A stretch of DNA of 63,559 bases, counting the filler. It is 3 parts of 3 records of this genome, joined end to end, with 100 filler letters (N's around TTAATTAATTAA, not from the genome) between each part and the next. Parts side by side here need not be neighbours in the genome. Positions count along the whole stretch, not along the records: positions 1 to 13,422 come from SRR20825019_2161; positions 13,523 to 41,091 come from SRR20825019_2162; 1 more part is not named here. One strand, given 5' to 3'. Below, piece by piece: positions 7,985 through 17,900 of this stretch; within the stretch, counting starts at the first letter, position 1; each line of letters starts with the position of its first letter. The translations under genes were made by a program, and so were the position numbers. Below the pieces are notes generated by a model that did not search any database, had not been told where the DNA came from, and saw only the letters and a program-made list of their open reading frames with translations.

Positions 7985-9907
7985 ATGGCATTGCGCAATA
8001 CCAAGCTGAAATTTATCTGGGGTTCCTCGGGTAAAGTTATTGCGCGTTGGAAGCTCGGGCTGTGGGGTTTTTACGAGCGTAAGCAGGGATATCCGGATTC
8101 GGGGTTGGCGATCAGTGTGCGTGGTCTCCTGCTATGGTTTGGGGTGTTGACGCCCGCTTTGGCGTATGTTTGCGCGGCGGCTGCCGTTTTCTTTTGGCTG
8201 GACCGAAATGAATATAATCAGGTGACACTCTCTGATACGCTGCTGTTGCCGATTCGCTGGGAGGAAGTGCAGGTCAAACGAGGGCAGGCCTACCTCGATG
8301 AAGGCATGGCTGACTTGAAGGCAAAGCGATGGTCGCAGGGATTGATGAAGTTGCGGATCGGACTGGCTCGTTATCCGCAGGCTTTAAAACCACGACTGAC
8401 CTTGGCGCAGTTCTATTTTTACAGCCAACGTCATGATATGGCGTTGAAGGTTTTGGAGGAAGGGATGGATGCGACGGACACGTATCCCGGTCGAGACTAT
8501 CTGAACAGTTACATGATGCTCGCGCTGAGAGGCGAAGATCACGAATCGATGATTGCGGTGTGTGATCGCTATCTCACGGCCGAGGACAGTCTACCTGAAG
8601 GGGAGGGCTCATGGCTGTTGCAGCAAAAGTTGATCGCGCTGTTGCAAGCGAAACGGGCGAACGAGGCCCTGGCACTCTTGGACGGCGCTCCGGAGAATCC
8701 CATGTTCAACGAGCAGCGGGTGTTGATCATGCTAGAGATGGGGGAAACTGAACGGGCGATTGCCTATCTGAAAGAATGGTCGGAGAAATCAGGAGAGACC
8801 GAGCAGACGATTCGCCTGCAGGTGCGGGCCTATCGTGATGCCAGGCAGCTTGAAGCGATGAATGAGCGCTTGTCTGTATTGCGAAACATGCGCCCGGCGG
8901 ATCCACGCTCACTGGCCTACGCGGTCGTGCAACAATACCTCGCCGATGACGAAAAAACTGCGAATGAATCGCTGGAGGAATACTTTTTCCGCTTCAGTGG
9001 GTTCGAAACCAATATGACAATGATTGCGGCTCCCTTGGCTGAAATTGGAGCAGTGAAATTGCTGGAGAAATGTCTGACCCGCTCGAAGGAACAGGGATAT
9101 CAGATGTATCCGCTGCTGATGTATCTGGCCCAGGCGCAGCTCAAGGCGAGTGACTGGGCGGGGGCTTTGGAAACAACGCAACGCCTGTCCAAGATGAAAA
9201 ATCCGGACAAGAGTGATACCACCTCTGAGGCGAATGTGCGGATGATGACTTATCTGGCGCAAATCGCGATCAATCCGGCGGAGGGCCTTCAAGTGCAGCT
9301 TTTGCAATTTATTGAGCAACGTCCTTATCCGTTTAAATCGTTTCGGAGTTTGGCCGAGACGTTATTCCGCGCACAGCGCTACGATGCGGTCCTGGAAGTG
9401 ATTGCGCGGGCGAATCAGAAATACCCGGGGAATCACGGATTGGATTCTATAAAGGATGAAGCGGCCGGGGAGATCGCGGCAATCGCGGCGCAGCAACCGG
9501 AACTGGTGGTGCAAAAGGAGCGTCCGGTTTTTGTCGAAGCGGCTTTCTTTGCACAATTGGATGCATTGATGGCTGCGAAGGAATGGGCCGAGGCAGCCGA
9601 GTGGGTGCGTAAAATGCAGCAGGCGCGACCCAGCTGGATGAAGACCCGGGAATCTGAAATTTTGATGAAGCAAATCGCCATTGCTCACGAAGCACGCGAC
9701 GTGCTCGAAATGACCTTGGCGGCCCGGATGGTTCTCGACGGGAGTTTGGCCAGATCACAGCTCGTCGTGGATTATGCGGTCGAGCTTGATGGGCGCGGTG
9801 AGAAGGAGGATGCGATTCGACTGATGAAGGAAGTTTCGCGGAGTTCACCCCACCACGCGTTGTCCCGCCGCTATCTGAATGAGTGGACGGAAACGGAGGA
9901 AAAGTGA
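7985..9907 (+). CDS. Membrane-anchored alpha-helical/TPR-like hypothetical protein (640 aa)
   Basis: Starts 7 nt after smc. It has an N-terminal hydrophobic segment followed by TPR-like helical repeats (e.g. RLTLAQFYFYSQRHDMALKVLEEG). Confidence 0.7.
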   Translation: MALRNTKLKFIWGSSGKVIARWKLGLWGFYERKQGYPDSGLAISVRGLLLWFGVLTPALAYVCAAAAVFFWLDRNEYNQVTLSDTLLLPIRWEEVQVKRGQAYLDEGMADLKAKRWSQGLMKLRIGLARYPQALKPRLTLAQFYFYSQRHDMALKVLEEGMDATDTYPGRDYLNSYMMLALRGEDHESMIAVCDRYLTAEDSLPEGEGSWLLQQKLIALLQAKRANEALALLDGAPENPMFNEQRVLIMLEMGETERAIAYLKEWSEKSGETEQTIRLQVRAYRDARQLEAMNERLSVLRNMRPADPRSLAYAVVQQYLADDEKTANESLEEYFFRFSGFETNMTMIAAPLAEIGAVKLLEKCLTRSKEQGYQMYPLLMYLAQAQLKASDWAGALETTQRLSKMKNPDKSDTTSEANVRMMTYLAQIAINPAEGLQVQLLQFIEQRPYPFKSFRSLAETLFRAQRYDAVLEVIARANQKYPGNHGLDSIKDEAAGEIAAIAAQQPELVVQKERPVFVEAAFFAQLDALMAAKEWAEAAEWVRKMQQARPSWMKTRESEILMKQIAIAHEARDVLEMTLAARMVLDGSLARSQLVVDYAVELDGRGEKEDAIRLMKEVSRSSPHHALSRRYLNEWTETEEK

Positions 9908-9999
9908 TTAGCGGGTGGAGCGTCCTGGCCACCTCAATGCAGCAATGATGGGCGCGGTTTGAAGGTGGGGAGCGGAATCCTCGCTCTACACTGCAACGA

Positions 10000-12192
10000 T
10001 TAGAGGATCAAATCCGGTGGCACGTTGGCGAGGGCTTCCTCGACGGTGGTCAGCCCTTGCTTGACCTTGAGAATCGAATCCTGGTGGAGCGTTTTCATGC
10101 CGTTTTTCATGGCGATTCGCTTGAGTGCGGCGACCTCGACTCTTTTGTTAATACCATCGGTCAGCTCCTCGCTGTTGATCATCAATTCGTGAATGCCCAC
10201 GCGGCCTTTATAGCCGGTTCCATTGCACATCGGACAACCCTGAGGGTTGGCCTTGAAAATTTCGCCGGACCATTCAATCGCCTTCTCCATGATGTCCTTT
10301 TCACGTCCTTCGGGCGTGTAGGGTATCTTGCAATTTTTACAGACGCGACGCATGAGGCGCTGGGCACACACGCAGACGAGAGAGGCGGAAATGTTGAACG
10401 GTTCGACCCCCATTTCACCAATACGGCTGACGGTCGATGGGGCATCGTTGGTGTGAAGGGTCGAAACGAGTAAATGACCGGTGAGGGCGGCTTCGACGGC
10501 GATCTGTGCAGTTTCTTCATCACGAATTTCACCGACGAGAATGATGTCGGGGTCCATCCGCAGGTAACAGCGCAAGGCGCGGGCAAAGGTGAGCCCGATG
10601 GCGCGGCTCATCTGCATTTGGTTAATGCCGGTGAGTGTGTATTCGATCGGATCCTCGGCCGTCTGGATATTTACGTCGGGGGAGTTGATTTCACCCAGGG
10701 CCGAATAAAGTGTCATGGACTTGCCGGATCCGGTAGGGCCACAGTGCAAAATCATGCCGTAGGGCAACTGGATGCACTCGCGATAGCGTTTCAGATTTTC
10801 ATCGGAAAATCCCAGAGCGGGGAGGGGGAGCGTGGATTTGGATTTGTCCAAAATACGCATGACGACCTTTTCGCCATCCTTCATCGGACCGGTGGCGACA
10901 CGTAAATCGATATCGATGTTCTTCTTGGTGTATTTCTTGAAGACGATGCGGCCATCCTGAGGCAGGCGGCGTTCGGCAATATCGAGATTGCACATGATCT
11001 TCAAACGGGTGACGAGGGCATTGCTCACCTGCTTGGGCAGACGGAGTTTTACTTGGCAGAGGCCATCAATCCGGTAACGCACCACCAGTTCTTTTTCCTG
11101 TGGTTCGATGTGAATATCTGACGCACCGGAAACGTAGGCATCCTCGATGATGCGATTGGTAAGCTGGATGATCGGCGCAGAATCTTCGCTTTCCAAATCC
11201 TCTGCAGAGACGTCGCCACCACCACTGCCGCTGTCGTCATAAGCGGTGTTGATAATGTCGGTGACGGAGTCTATATCGACATCATCGGGAGTTGTCCCAG
11301 CGCTTTCGGTTGCCTTGAAATATTTTTTGATCAGGGTATCGAAGAGCGTGGCCGAGATGACCTGCACTTCCTCGATATGCATATCGGTGGCTTGGGAAAA
11401 AGCCTCGCGCTTGGCATAGTCGAGCGGGTTCATCATCAATACCGCGACGGAATTGGGACTCAGCTGATTGTAAGGGAAAATGCCTTCCCGGCGAATGATG
11501 GCATCGCCGGTGATCTCGATGAGTTTCTCGTCGATTTCGAGCGTATCCGGATCGGTGACGAGAGGAAGGTCGGTGAGTTTTGCGACAAAGCGGGCGGTGT
11601 CGTCGGCTCCGAGTTCGAATTTTGGATCCACCATCCTTTGGATGAGGGTGGAGGAGTATTCAGCTACTTCTTGCAGGAGGACGAGGTCCTTGTCAGTGAA
11701 ATCTCCATCCGTTCCGGCGGCAGGTTCCTTGTTGAGCAGCTGGATGGCTCCGATGACCTTATCGCTCTTGAGCGGCACAGTGAGCATCGAAGTGACATCA
11801 AAACCGGTGTCTTTGGCCATCGACATGAGACTGCCTGCTTCGGGGCCATTATGATTAAAGAAGAGTGGTTGGCCGGTTTCGATGACCTTGCCGACATTTC
11901 CGGTGCCGAGAGGGAGTTTGAGCGCGAGGAGTTTTTCCTCGGTTTCTTCGAATTGCTTTTCCTTGGCGGGATCAGACTCCCAGAGAGTGGGGGAGTAGTA
12001 GATGTGCTTGAAGACGATGTCGTTTCCTTCGATTAGGTAAAACGTCATCGATTGCGCCTGAAGGGCTTCCACGACCTTCGAAGCGGTGAGCTCGATGACT
12101 GAATCCAGGTCCTCGCGACTCGGTGCGGGCTTGGAGATCACCTTGATGAGCAGGGAGCGTCGGAGGGCGTTGGCGATATTTGGAGCTGCCAT
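10000..12192 (-). CDS. PilB/GspE-family secretion ATPase with N-terminal GAF domain (730 aa)
   Basis: [21 protein letters not shown], Walker [31 protein letters not shown], His boxes and CxxC...CxxC zinc motif. The N-terminus has GAF hallmarks ([16 protein letters not shown]...[14 protein letters not shown]). Confidence 0.93.
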   Translation of the reverse strand: MAAPNIANALRRSLLIKVISKPAPSREDLDSVIELTASKVVEALQAQSMTFYLIEGNDIVFKHIYYSPTLWESDPAKEKQFEETEEKLLALKLPLGTGNVGKVIETGQPLFFNHNGPEAGSLMSMAKDTGFDVTSMLTVPLKSDKVIGAIQLLNKEPAAGTDGDFTDKDLVLLQEVAEYSSTLIQRMVDPKFELGADDTARFVAKLTDLPLVTDPDTLEIDEKLIEITGDAIIRREGIFPYNQLSPNSVAVLMMNPLDYAKREAFSQATDMHIEEVQVISATLFDTLIKKYFKATESAGTTPDDVDIDSVTDIINTAYDDSGSGGGDVSAEDLESEDSAPIIQLTNRIIEDAYVSGASDIHIEPQEKELVVRYRIDGLCQVKLRLPKQVSNALVTRLKIMCNLDIAERRLPQDGRIVFKKYTKKNIDIDLRVATGPMKDGEKVVMRILDKSKSTLPLPALGFSDENLKRYRECIQLPYGMILHCGPTGSGKSMTLYSALGEINSPDVNIQTAEDPIEYTLTGINQMQMSRAIGLTFARALRCYLRMDPDIILVGEIRDEETAQIAVEAALTGHLLVSTLHTNDAPSTVSRIGEMGVEPFNISASLVCVCAQRLMRRVCKNCKIPYTPEGREKDIMEKAIEWSGEIFKANPQGCPMCNGTGYKGRVGIHELMINSEELTDGINKRVEVAALKRIAMKNGMKTLHQDSILKVKQGLTTVEEALANVPPDLIL

Positions 12193-12279
12193 GGGTAATA
12201 CACCTGAGATAAACAGGTCATTCAGTGATTGTCAGCCTCTCTCGTGAGTCGCAATGAGAAAGACGCACGATTTATTCCG

Positions 12280-12720
12280 ATGTTTACTTGGTTACAGATG
12301 ATATGGGGAAAATTTCGGCCCACAACGACCGGCGATTTTGGGGAATTGAAAGCAGCGGATTTCCTGATAAAGGAGGCGGGCTTTCGGATCGTGGCCCGGA
12401 ATTGGCGCAATCCTCGGGATCGTCGCGATGAATTGGATCTGGTGGCGTTCGATGGTGAAGTGTTGGTCTTTGTGGAAGTGAAAACCCGGGCGAAGGAGGC
12501 CAAAGTGCCGGGTTATTACGCGGTGGATCAGCGGAAAAAACGGGTGGCGCAGCGTGCGGCACGAGCCTACATCGGGCGATTGCGGGAAAAGCCGCGCACC
12601 GTTCGTTTTGATATTGTCGAAGTGGAATTGGCGGCGCGGGGAACGAAGGGAGAACCGATCGTGCGTCATTTCGAAAATGTGCCGCTGTTTCCCAAGGATT
12701 TTCGCCCGGACCGATGGTGA
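12280..12720 (+). CDS. yraN: YraN (UPF0102) family PD-(D/E)xK putative nuclease
   Basis: GDFGELKAADFL..GFRIVARNWR..ELDLVA..LVFVEVKTR..RFDIVEV. The ATG at 12280 is preferred over the upstream TTG. Confidence 0.88.
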   Translation: MFTWLQMIWGKFRPTTTGDFGELKAADFLIKEAGFRIVARNWRNPRDRRDELDLVAFDGEVLVFVEVKTRAKEAKVPGYYAVDQRKKRVAQRAARAYIGRLREKPRTVRFDIVEVELAARGTKGEPIVRHFENVPLFPKDFRPDRW

Positions 12721-12798
12721 ACTGCGGTGAACAATTTCTCTCTGTGCGGGTAATAGCCTTGCTTGCCTGCGAAGGCGTTACAGAAGATTGTCCGATCT

Positions 12799-13422
12799 AT
12801 GGACGATTCTCAGCGTCATCCTTTCCTGCACGGACTCAGTAAACATCGTGGGGCACCTCCGACTGTCGTTGTCATTTTTGGCGCTTCCGGGGATCTGACC
12901 GCACGCAAACTGATCCCGGCGGTCTACAATCTTGGCGTGGATAACCTCCTCCCGACGGATTTTCATCTCGTGGGATATGGTCGTAAACCGATTCCCGACG
13001 ACGAATTTCGCGGTTTGGCTGCCGAGGCGATCAAGGAGTTCTCGCGTCGCGAACTGGATGACGAGGTTTGGGGACGTATCTCCGGCAACACCACCTACGT
13101 GTCGGGAGGCTACGATGACGAATCGGCGTTCGTGCGGTTGGCCGAGCACATCAATGCGATCGAGAAACAGATCGGTCGCGATGTGCAGGTGCTGTTCTAC
13201 ATCTCCACGCCACCTTCCGTGTTTGCACCGATTCTGACCAACCTTGGTGCATCCGGACTGGCTGCGAAACATCTGGGGCATCCCCACCACGCGAAGGTGA
13301 TTATCGAGAAGCCGTTCGGGCGTGATCTCGACTCGGCCCGCGAACTTAATGGCACGATCAGTTCGGTCTTTCAGGAGCATCAGGTTTATCGAATCGACCA
13401 TTATCTCGGCAAGGAGACGGTG
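12799..13422 (+). CDS. zwf: Glucose-6-phosphate dehydrogenase, 5' part (cut by contig end)
   Basis: VIFGASGDLTARKLIPA, IIEKPFGRD and RIDHYLGKE motifs. Confidence 0.95.
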
Positions 13423-13522
13423 NNNNNNNNNNNNNNNNNNNNNNNNNNNNNNNNNNNNNNNNNNNNTTAATTAATTAANNNNNNNNNNNNNNNNNNNNNN
13501 NNNNNNNNNNNNNNNNNNNNNN
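13423..13522. other. Artificial contig junction (N44-TTAATTAATTAA-N44)
   Basis: N runs flank a six-frame stop linker, and the sequence switches from bacterial to eukaryotic. Confidence 0.99.
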
Positions 13523-14780
13523 CCCCCCCCCCCCCCCCCCCCCCCTCCCACTAAAACCTGACCCAGCGGCCGGGGTGACGCTGACGAGCTCGAACGTTAC
13601 CGCCCGCGTGGTGAGGAACCGGTCCCAGCACCCGGAGACCGGCCGCCGCGGCCCGGCGTGCGCCGGCGGCCCCAACGCCCGGGCGGGCGGGGTCACTGAC
13701 TCACCTCACGAGGCCCGCCGGGCGCCTGCCGGGCCGGCCCGCCGCGCGGCCGCCGGGCAGTGTGGCGGCACGGGGGTCCCCGCCCCGCGTCCGGCGCGGC
13801 TCCGGCCTCATCCAGTCATGGCCGGAGATCTCAGCCGGGGTTGTTGAATGAGATTCATTTTAAGACCACAAAATTTGAGACCGAATCAGCTGCCAACAAC
13901 AACAATCATCTTGAATCCGATTGATTCCACGTTCACCATAGGAATCCGGTCTGGGTCAGGTTCATTGCACATTGGTCTGGGTCCCGCCTGTGCGGCCAAC
14001 ACTACTGAAGGAACACACTCCTGAAGGAACACACTGTTGGCCTCCGGGTTTAGCAGCATCCAATACGACGGGTTGTGCCTCCATGCGACTTGTGGAGATG
14101 GTCTTCATGGAGAATTTTAATTTGTTTGGACGGATAATTGGGAAGTCGGTGTCATTGAAAAGGCGGCTTAGTTGAACTTTTTTTAGTGGTGATGGGGCCC
14201 AACCACGACGCACTGTGCCTCTACTAGGCACGGCGCGGCGGCTGTCGGGCCTCTTGCCGGAGGGAATGGGCCCGTAGTGGCCCGCCCAAAGGACTTGTTC
14301 CCACGCGGGGCCGACAGTGGTGCTCGTCGGACTTCTTGACGTCGTCCGACCCGGACGCCTCGGGCCCCCGTGACTCGTGAGGCCCGGCATGGCTGGGGTG
14401 TTGCCTCCTCCCCAAGCGCTCACCGGAGCAGCCTGCGGACGGTCGGGGGTTGTCGGGCGACGGTTTGGGTGAGGCAGCTCACTGAGCACGTCGCTGAACG
14501 AGCTCTGTCACCACCGCCCCCCCCGGCTGACGTGCTGCCGTCTCCGGCCAGGGAGTGACATTCTTGGCTGCGTCCCGTGCCACCGAACCGCCATCCGGGC
14601 ATTTCTTGTCATGCCCAAAGCCAGTAAGCACTTTCACTTCAGGTTGGAATTGATGGGTCCGAAATCCACCTCCTCGGAGCTCCGTTGAAGTTCTTGGGAA
14701 CTGAGCGACACTCGTGGCGGATGATCTCTGGATAACAAGACTGTGCTACTATCGGTCGTCATGTTGTGTGACTTACTCCG

Positions 14781-14830
14781 CTAACACCCGGAACAACTCA
14801 AGTTACTCTAACACCCGGAACAACTCAAGT
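14781..14830 (+). repeat. Short tandem duplication (23-bp identical unit, 27-bp period) upstream of chitin synthase
   Basis: CTAACACCCGGAACAACTCAAGT occurs at 14781-14803 and 14808-14830. Confidence 0.9.
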
Positions 14831-14932
14831 GGTCCCGTTCAAACAGGTGGAACTTTCCTCCCTCGAAGACGACTTAACTGCCAGGTATTTTGATTTCGTT
14901 CTTTACTTGATAGATAGAGTTACTCTGAGGAT

Positions 14933-17900
14933 ATGGTCGGGTGGAGCTGGAAGCTGCGGCGCATAGTCGCGAGGCTGCAGCATGACTACAAGCCTATTCC
15001 AGTCAAGTCCACTGTGGAAGATGACCGAGAGACACAGATACAGAACAACTGTTGCGTCGCAGTGACGGCGTTTTTCGCCAAGGGTGTCGTGGCAGTTACT
15101 CTCATGGTATCTATAGTGGCAGCTGTTCTGAGCATCACTTATTCTGGCGCGGAGCTTGCACGTGGATTGCGCGCTGGATGGTCTAAGACTGATGGGGTTC
15201 ATAACGACGACGTGTCAAACAATTCGAGGACAGAGTCATTTGTATATGTCGTTCTTACGATGGTGGCGCCAGAACTGTACATGTTCTTTCTCGCCGGGGT
15301 ATTGTCTGTGGTTCGGGAGTGTATGAAGAAGCCGGTGAAGCAGCCCAAGAGGATGTGGACCCGCGACGATGGAGAAATGCCCAACCCCTTGGACATTGTT
15401 CCTGGGGCGGGGCTAGGATCCTCAAGCACAATGGGTTCATCTGATGGGGGCTCGGGCCAGTTCCCGCCTCCTTTGAACCGTAGGGCCACCAGTGATTCCG
15501 ACATGCACCTTAGTGACTCAGACGCGGAATCAAGTATGTCCAATTCTTGCCTACAGCAGCTGTCCCTTACTGACCATTTTTTCCAGAGAGTTCCGCTTCT
15601 TCTGATGGGAAGGGTAGTGACGACGAGGCGGGAGGGGGCGAGACCAAATCCAAGTTGCGTTGGGTTTTGGCAATGGGCGTGTTCACTGTGGAAGCGTTTC
15701 TCGAGTCGCTAGGGATGTGTATTATTTTCATGTGGGTCTTGCCGCATCTGGCAAATATCGAAGTAATTGCGCTGGTTCACGGTGGCGCGTTGTCTCCTCT
15801 GGTGGTGCAGATTTGTAGTCTGGCATTTGCCTTCGCTGTGGAGCGACAGCGCCTGCGCGCGCACAAGGATATGACTAGCCTGGGTTACACGCCGGGGCCT
15901 GCGTCATCTATCGAACAGCACCGTAACCCCGGCCAGTATCAGCTGTCTGCATCCCAAAAGTCAAAGGCTCTTCGCAAGTCTATGAATTCGAAGTTGGTGA
16001 TCATGGCTATACTGTTCGTGGTGGCAATATGTAACATTTGCGGACTTTTGGCAATGATGGTGCAAACCGTTTTCGAGAAGAGGTGGTATTTCAGTCTCCA
16101 GCTGTGGGAGGTCTTGTTTGGAGTGCTTTGCGTCTCGATTCCTCACTGGCACAACTTTGTGAGCAGTGAGAGCTCAGTCATCGGAGAGTATGATCTGCTG
16201 ACCCCGTTGCTCAACAAGGACGAAGCTGGAATCACAGGATGCTTTGCCAGGGCGCAGCACAACATTCAGGTCCTTGGTGCAACCATGGCGGAGTTTCGAT
16301 ATTCGCTTGCCCACTTCAAGGCGCTGCTGAAGGTGATATTGATCCCTCTCATTGCCTTTGGCTTGGCTGCGTGGAAGTCGATCGTGTCGTGGAGTGACAT
16401 TACCCACCTCCACATGTCTGCAACGAGCCGGGAGGCGGTTTTATTCTATGTATTCGTCGGGAGCACCACGCTGCTCAATTGGCTTGGACAGCTGGCTATA
16501 GGACTCCGCTTGCAGAAGGCATGTTTCGCGTTTCCCCTCTACGCAAGCGGTCCAATCATGGTCTTGGTGGACGTGTGTCATCCCGCCGGCGGTGCCAACT
16601 TCCATTCCGCGGCGTATTGGACGGCGATGGCGTTGGCGTTCATTCCCCTTTGGCTCAGCCAAGTTATAGCAGCTCGTCATGCGTGGAGAAGCAATTACAT
16701 GGTCCTCCCAATGGGACAAACTATTTTCAATCGTCCATGTGGTGCGAATATGTTTGCTAGCTCAACATTGCTCTTCAACAGGAACTTCCGCGAAGATCCG
16801 AAGAAGTCAACCTCTCTTCACAAAGATGTGTTCACTTTTGTCGCGTTGACGATGTGGCATGAAGAGAAGGAGGAGATGAAGGCAGTGTTAAAGTCTCTTT
16901 CGAAGTTGAAGCCTGTGCGTGCACTGGGCCAACCTCGTGTTGATTATGAGATTCATGTGGTTTTTGATGATGCATTCAAGAATGGCTCAACCCGTGCTCC
17001 TAATGGGAACGCCTATGTTCATCAATTTATCAAGCAGCTCAATAAGGCATTTGGTGGTGGAATTATCCACAAGCGTACCTTCTGCAAGTCTTATGGTCGC
17101 ATGATGCGAATGTCGCTGCCTAATGGGATCGAAATGTTTGTCCATCTCAAGGACGTGGAGATGACGAAGCAGAAGAAACGATGGAGCCAAATCCTTTACT
17201 TGTGTTTCATGTACCACCGCCTTCGTGAACTGGTGCGCATTGACCCTACCCTGGCTGATAAGGCGGTCTATGTCCTCACTCTTGACGGAGATGTCTCATT
17301 CGAGCCCCATAGCGTGGAGCAAATGGTGGATTTCATTCAACGTGACGATCGGGTCAAGTCCGTTTGTGGCCGCATCCACCCCCTCGGCAGTGGTCCCATT
17401 GCATGGTACCAGATATTCGAGTACGCGGTTGGTCACTGGATGCAAAAGGTTGCCGAGCATGTCATCGGAAGCGTGCTTTGCAGTCCGGGTTGCTACTCTA
17501 TTTTCGACTTCGATACCTTATGGGAGTGCGCCCCCTACTACGCCGTGGCATGCACAAAGCCCAGCCACATTTTGATGTACGATCAAGGGGAGGATCGCTA
17601 CCTGAGTACCCTGATTGTGAGTCGCGGGTTTGCTCTCCAATACTGTGCCACCGCAGATGCGAAGACATATTGTCCAGACGACTTCGCTGGCTTCTTCAAC
17701 CAGCGCAGGAGATGGGTGACCTCGACTTTGATCAACATATATGAGATGCTCAAACGGAGTGGGTCAATTGTTCGCCACAACCCGTCTGTTCCCTTGATAT
17801 TCATTCCTTATGTCATCATGGTGCTCTTGTCAACGATCATTTCGCCAGCATCCATTACACTTTTGATTATTGGCGGTCTCAAGGATGTTGTTGGTCTGCA

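Noticed and set aside
13467-13478. TTAATTAATTAA palindrome (also at 41136-41147)
   Set aside because: Artificial six-frame stop linker between N runs; not biological.
14781-14830. Direct repeat as a mini CRISPR array
   Set aside because: Only two copies with a 4-nt gap, in a eukaryotic context with no cas genes; it is a simple tandem duplication.
14933-15712. Separate 259-aa membrane protein or a frameshifted chitin synthase pseudogene
   Set aside because: A canonical 53-nt intron (15534-15586) joins it in frame to the 1701-aa ORF.
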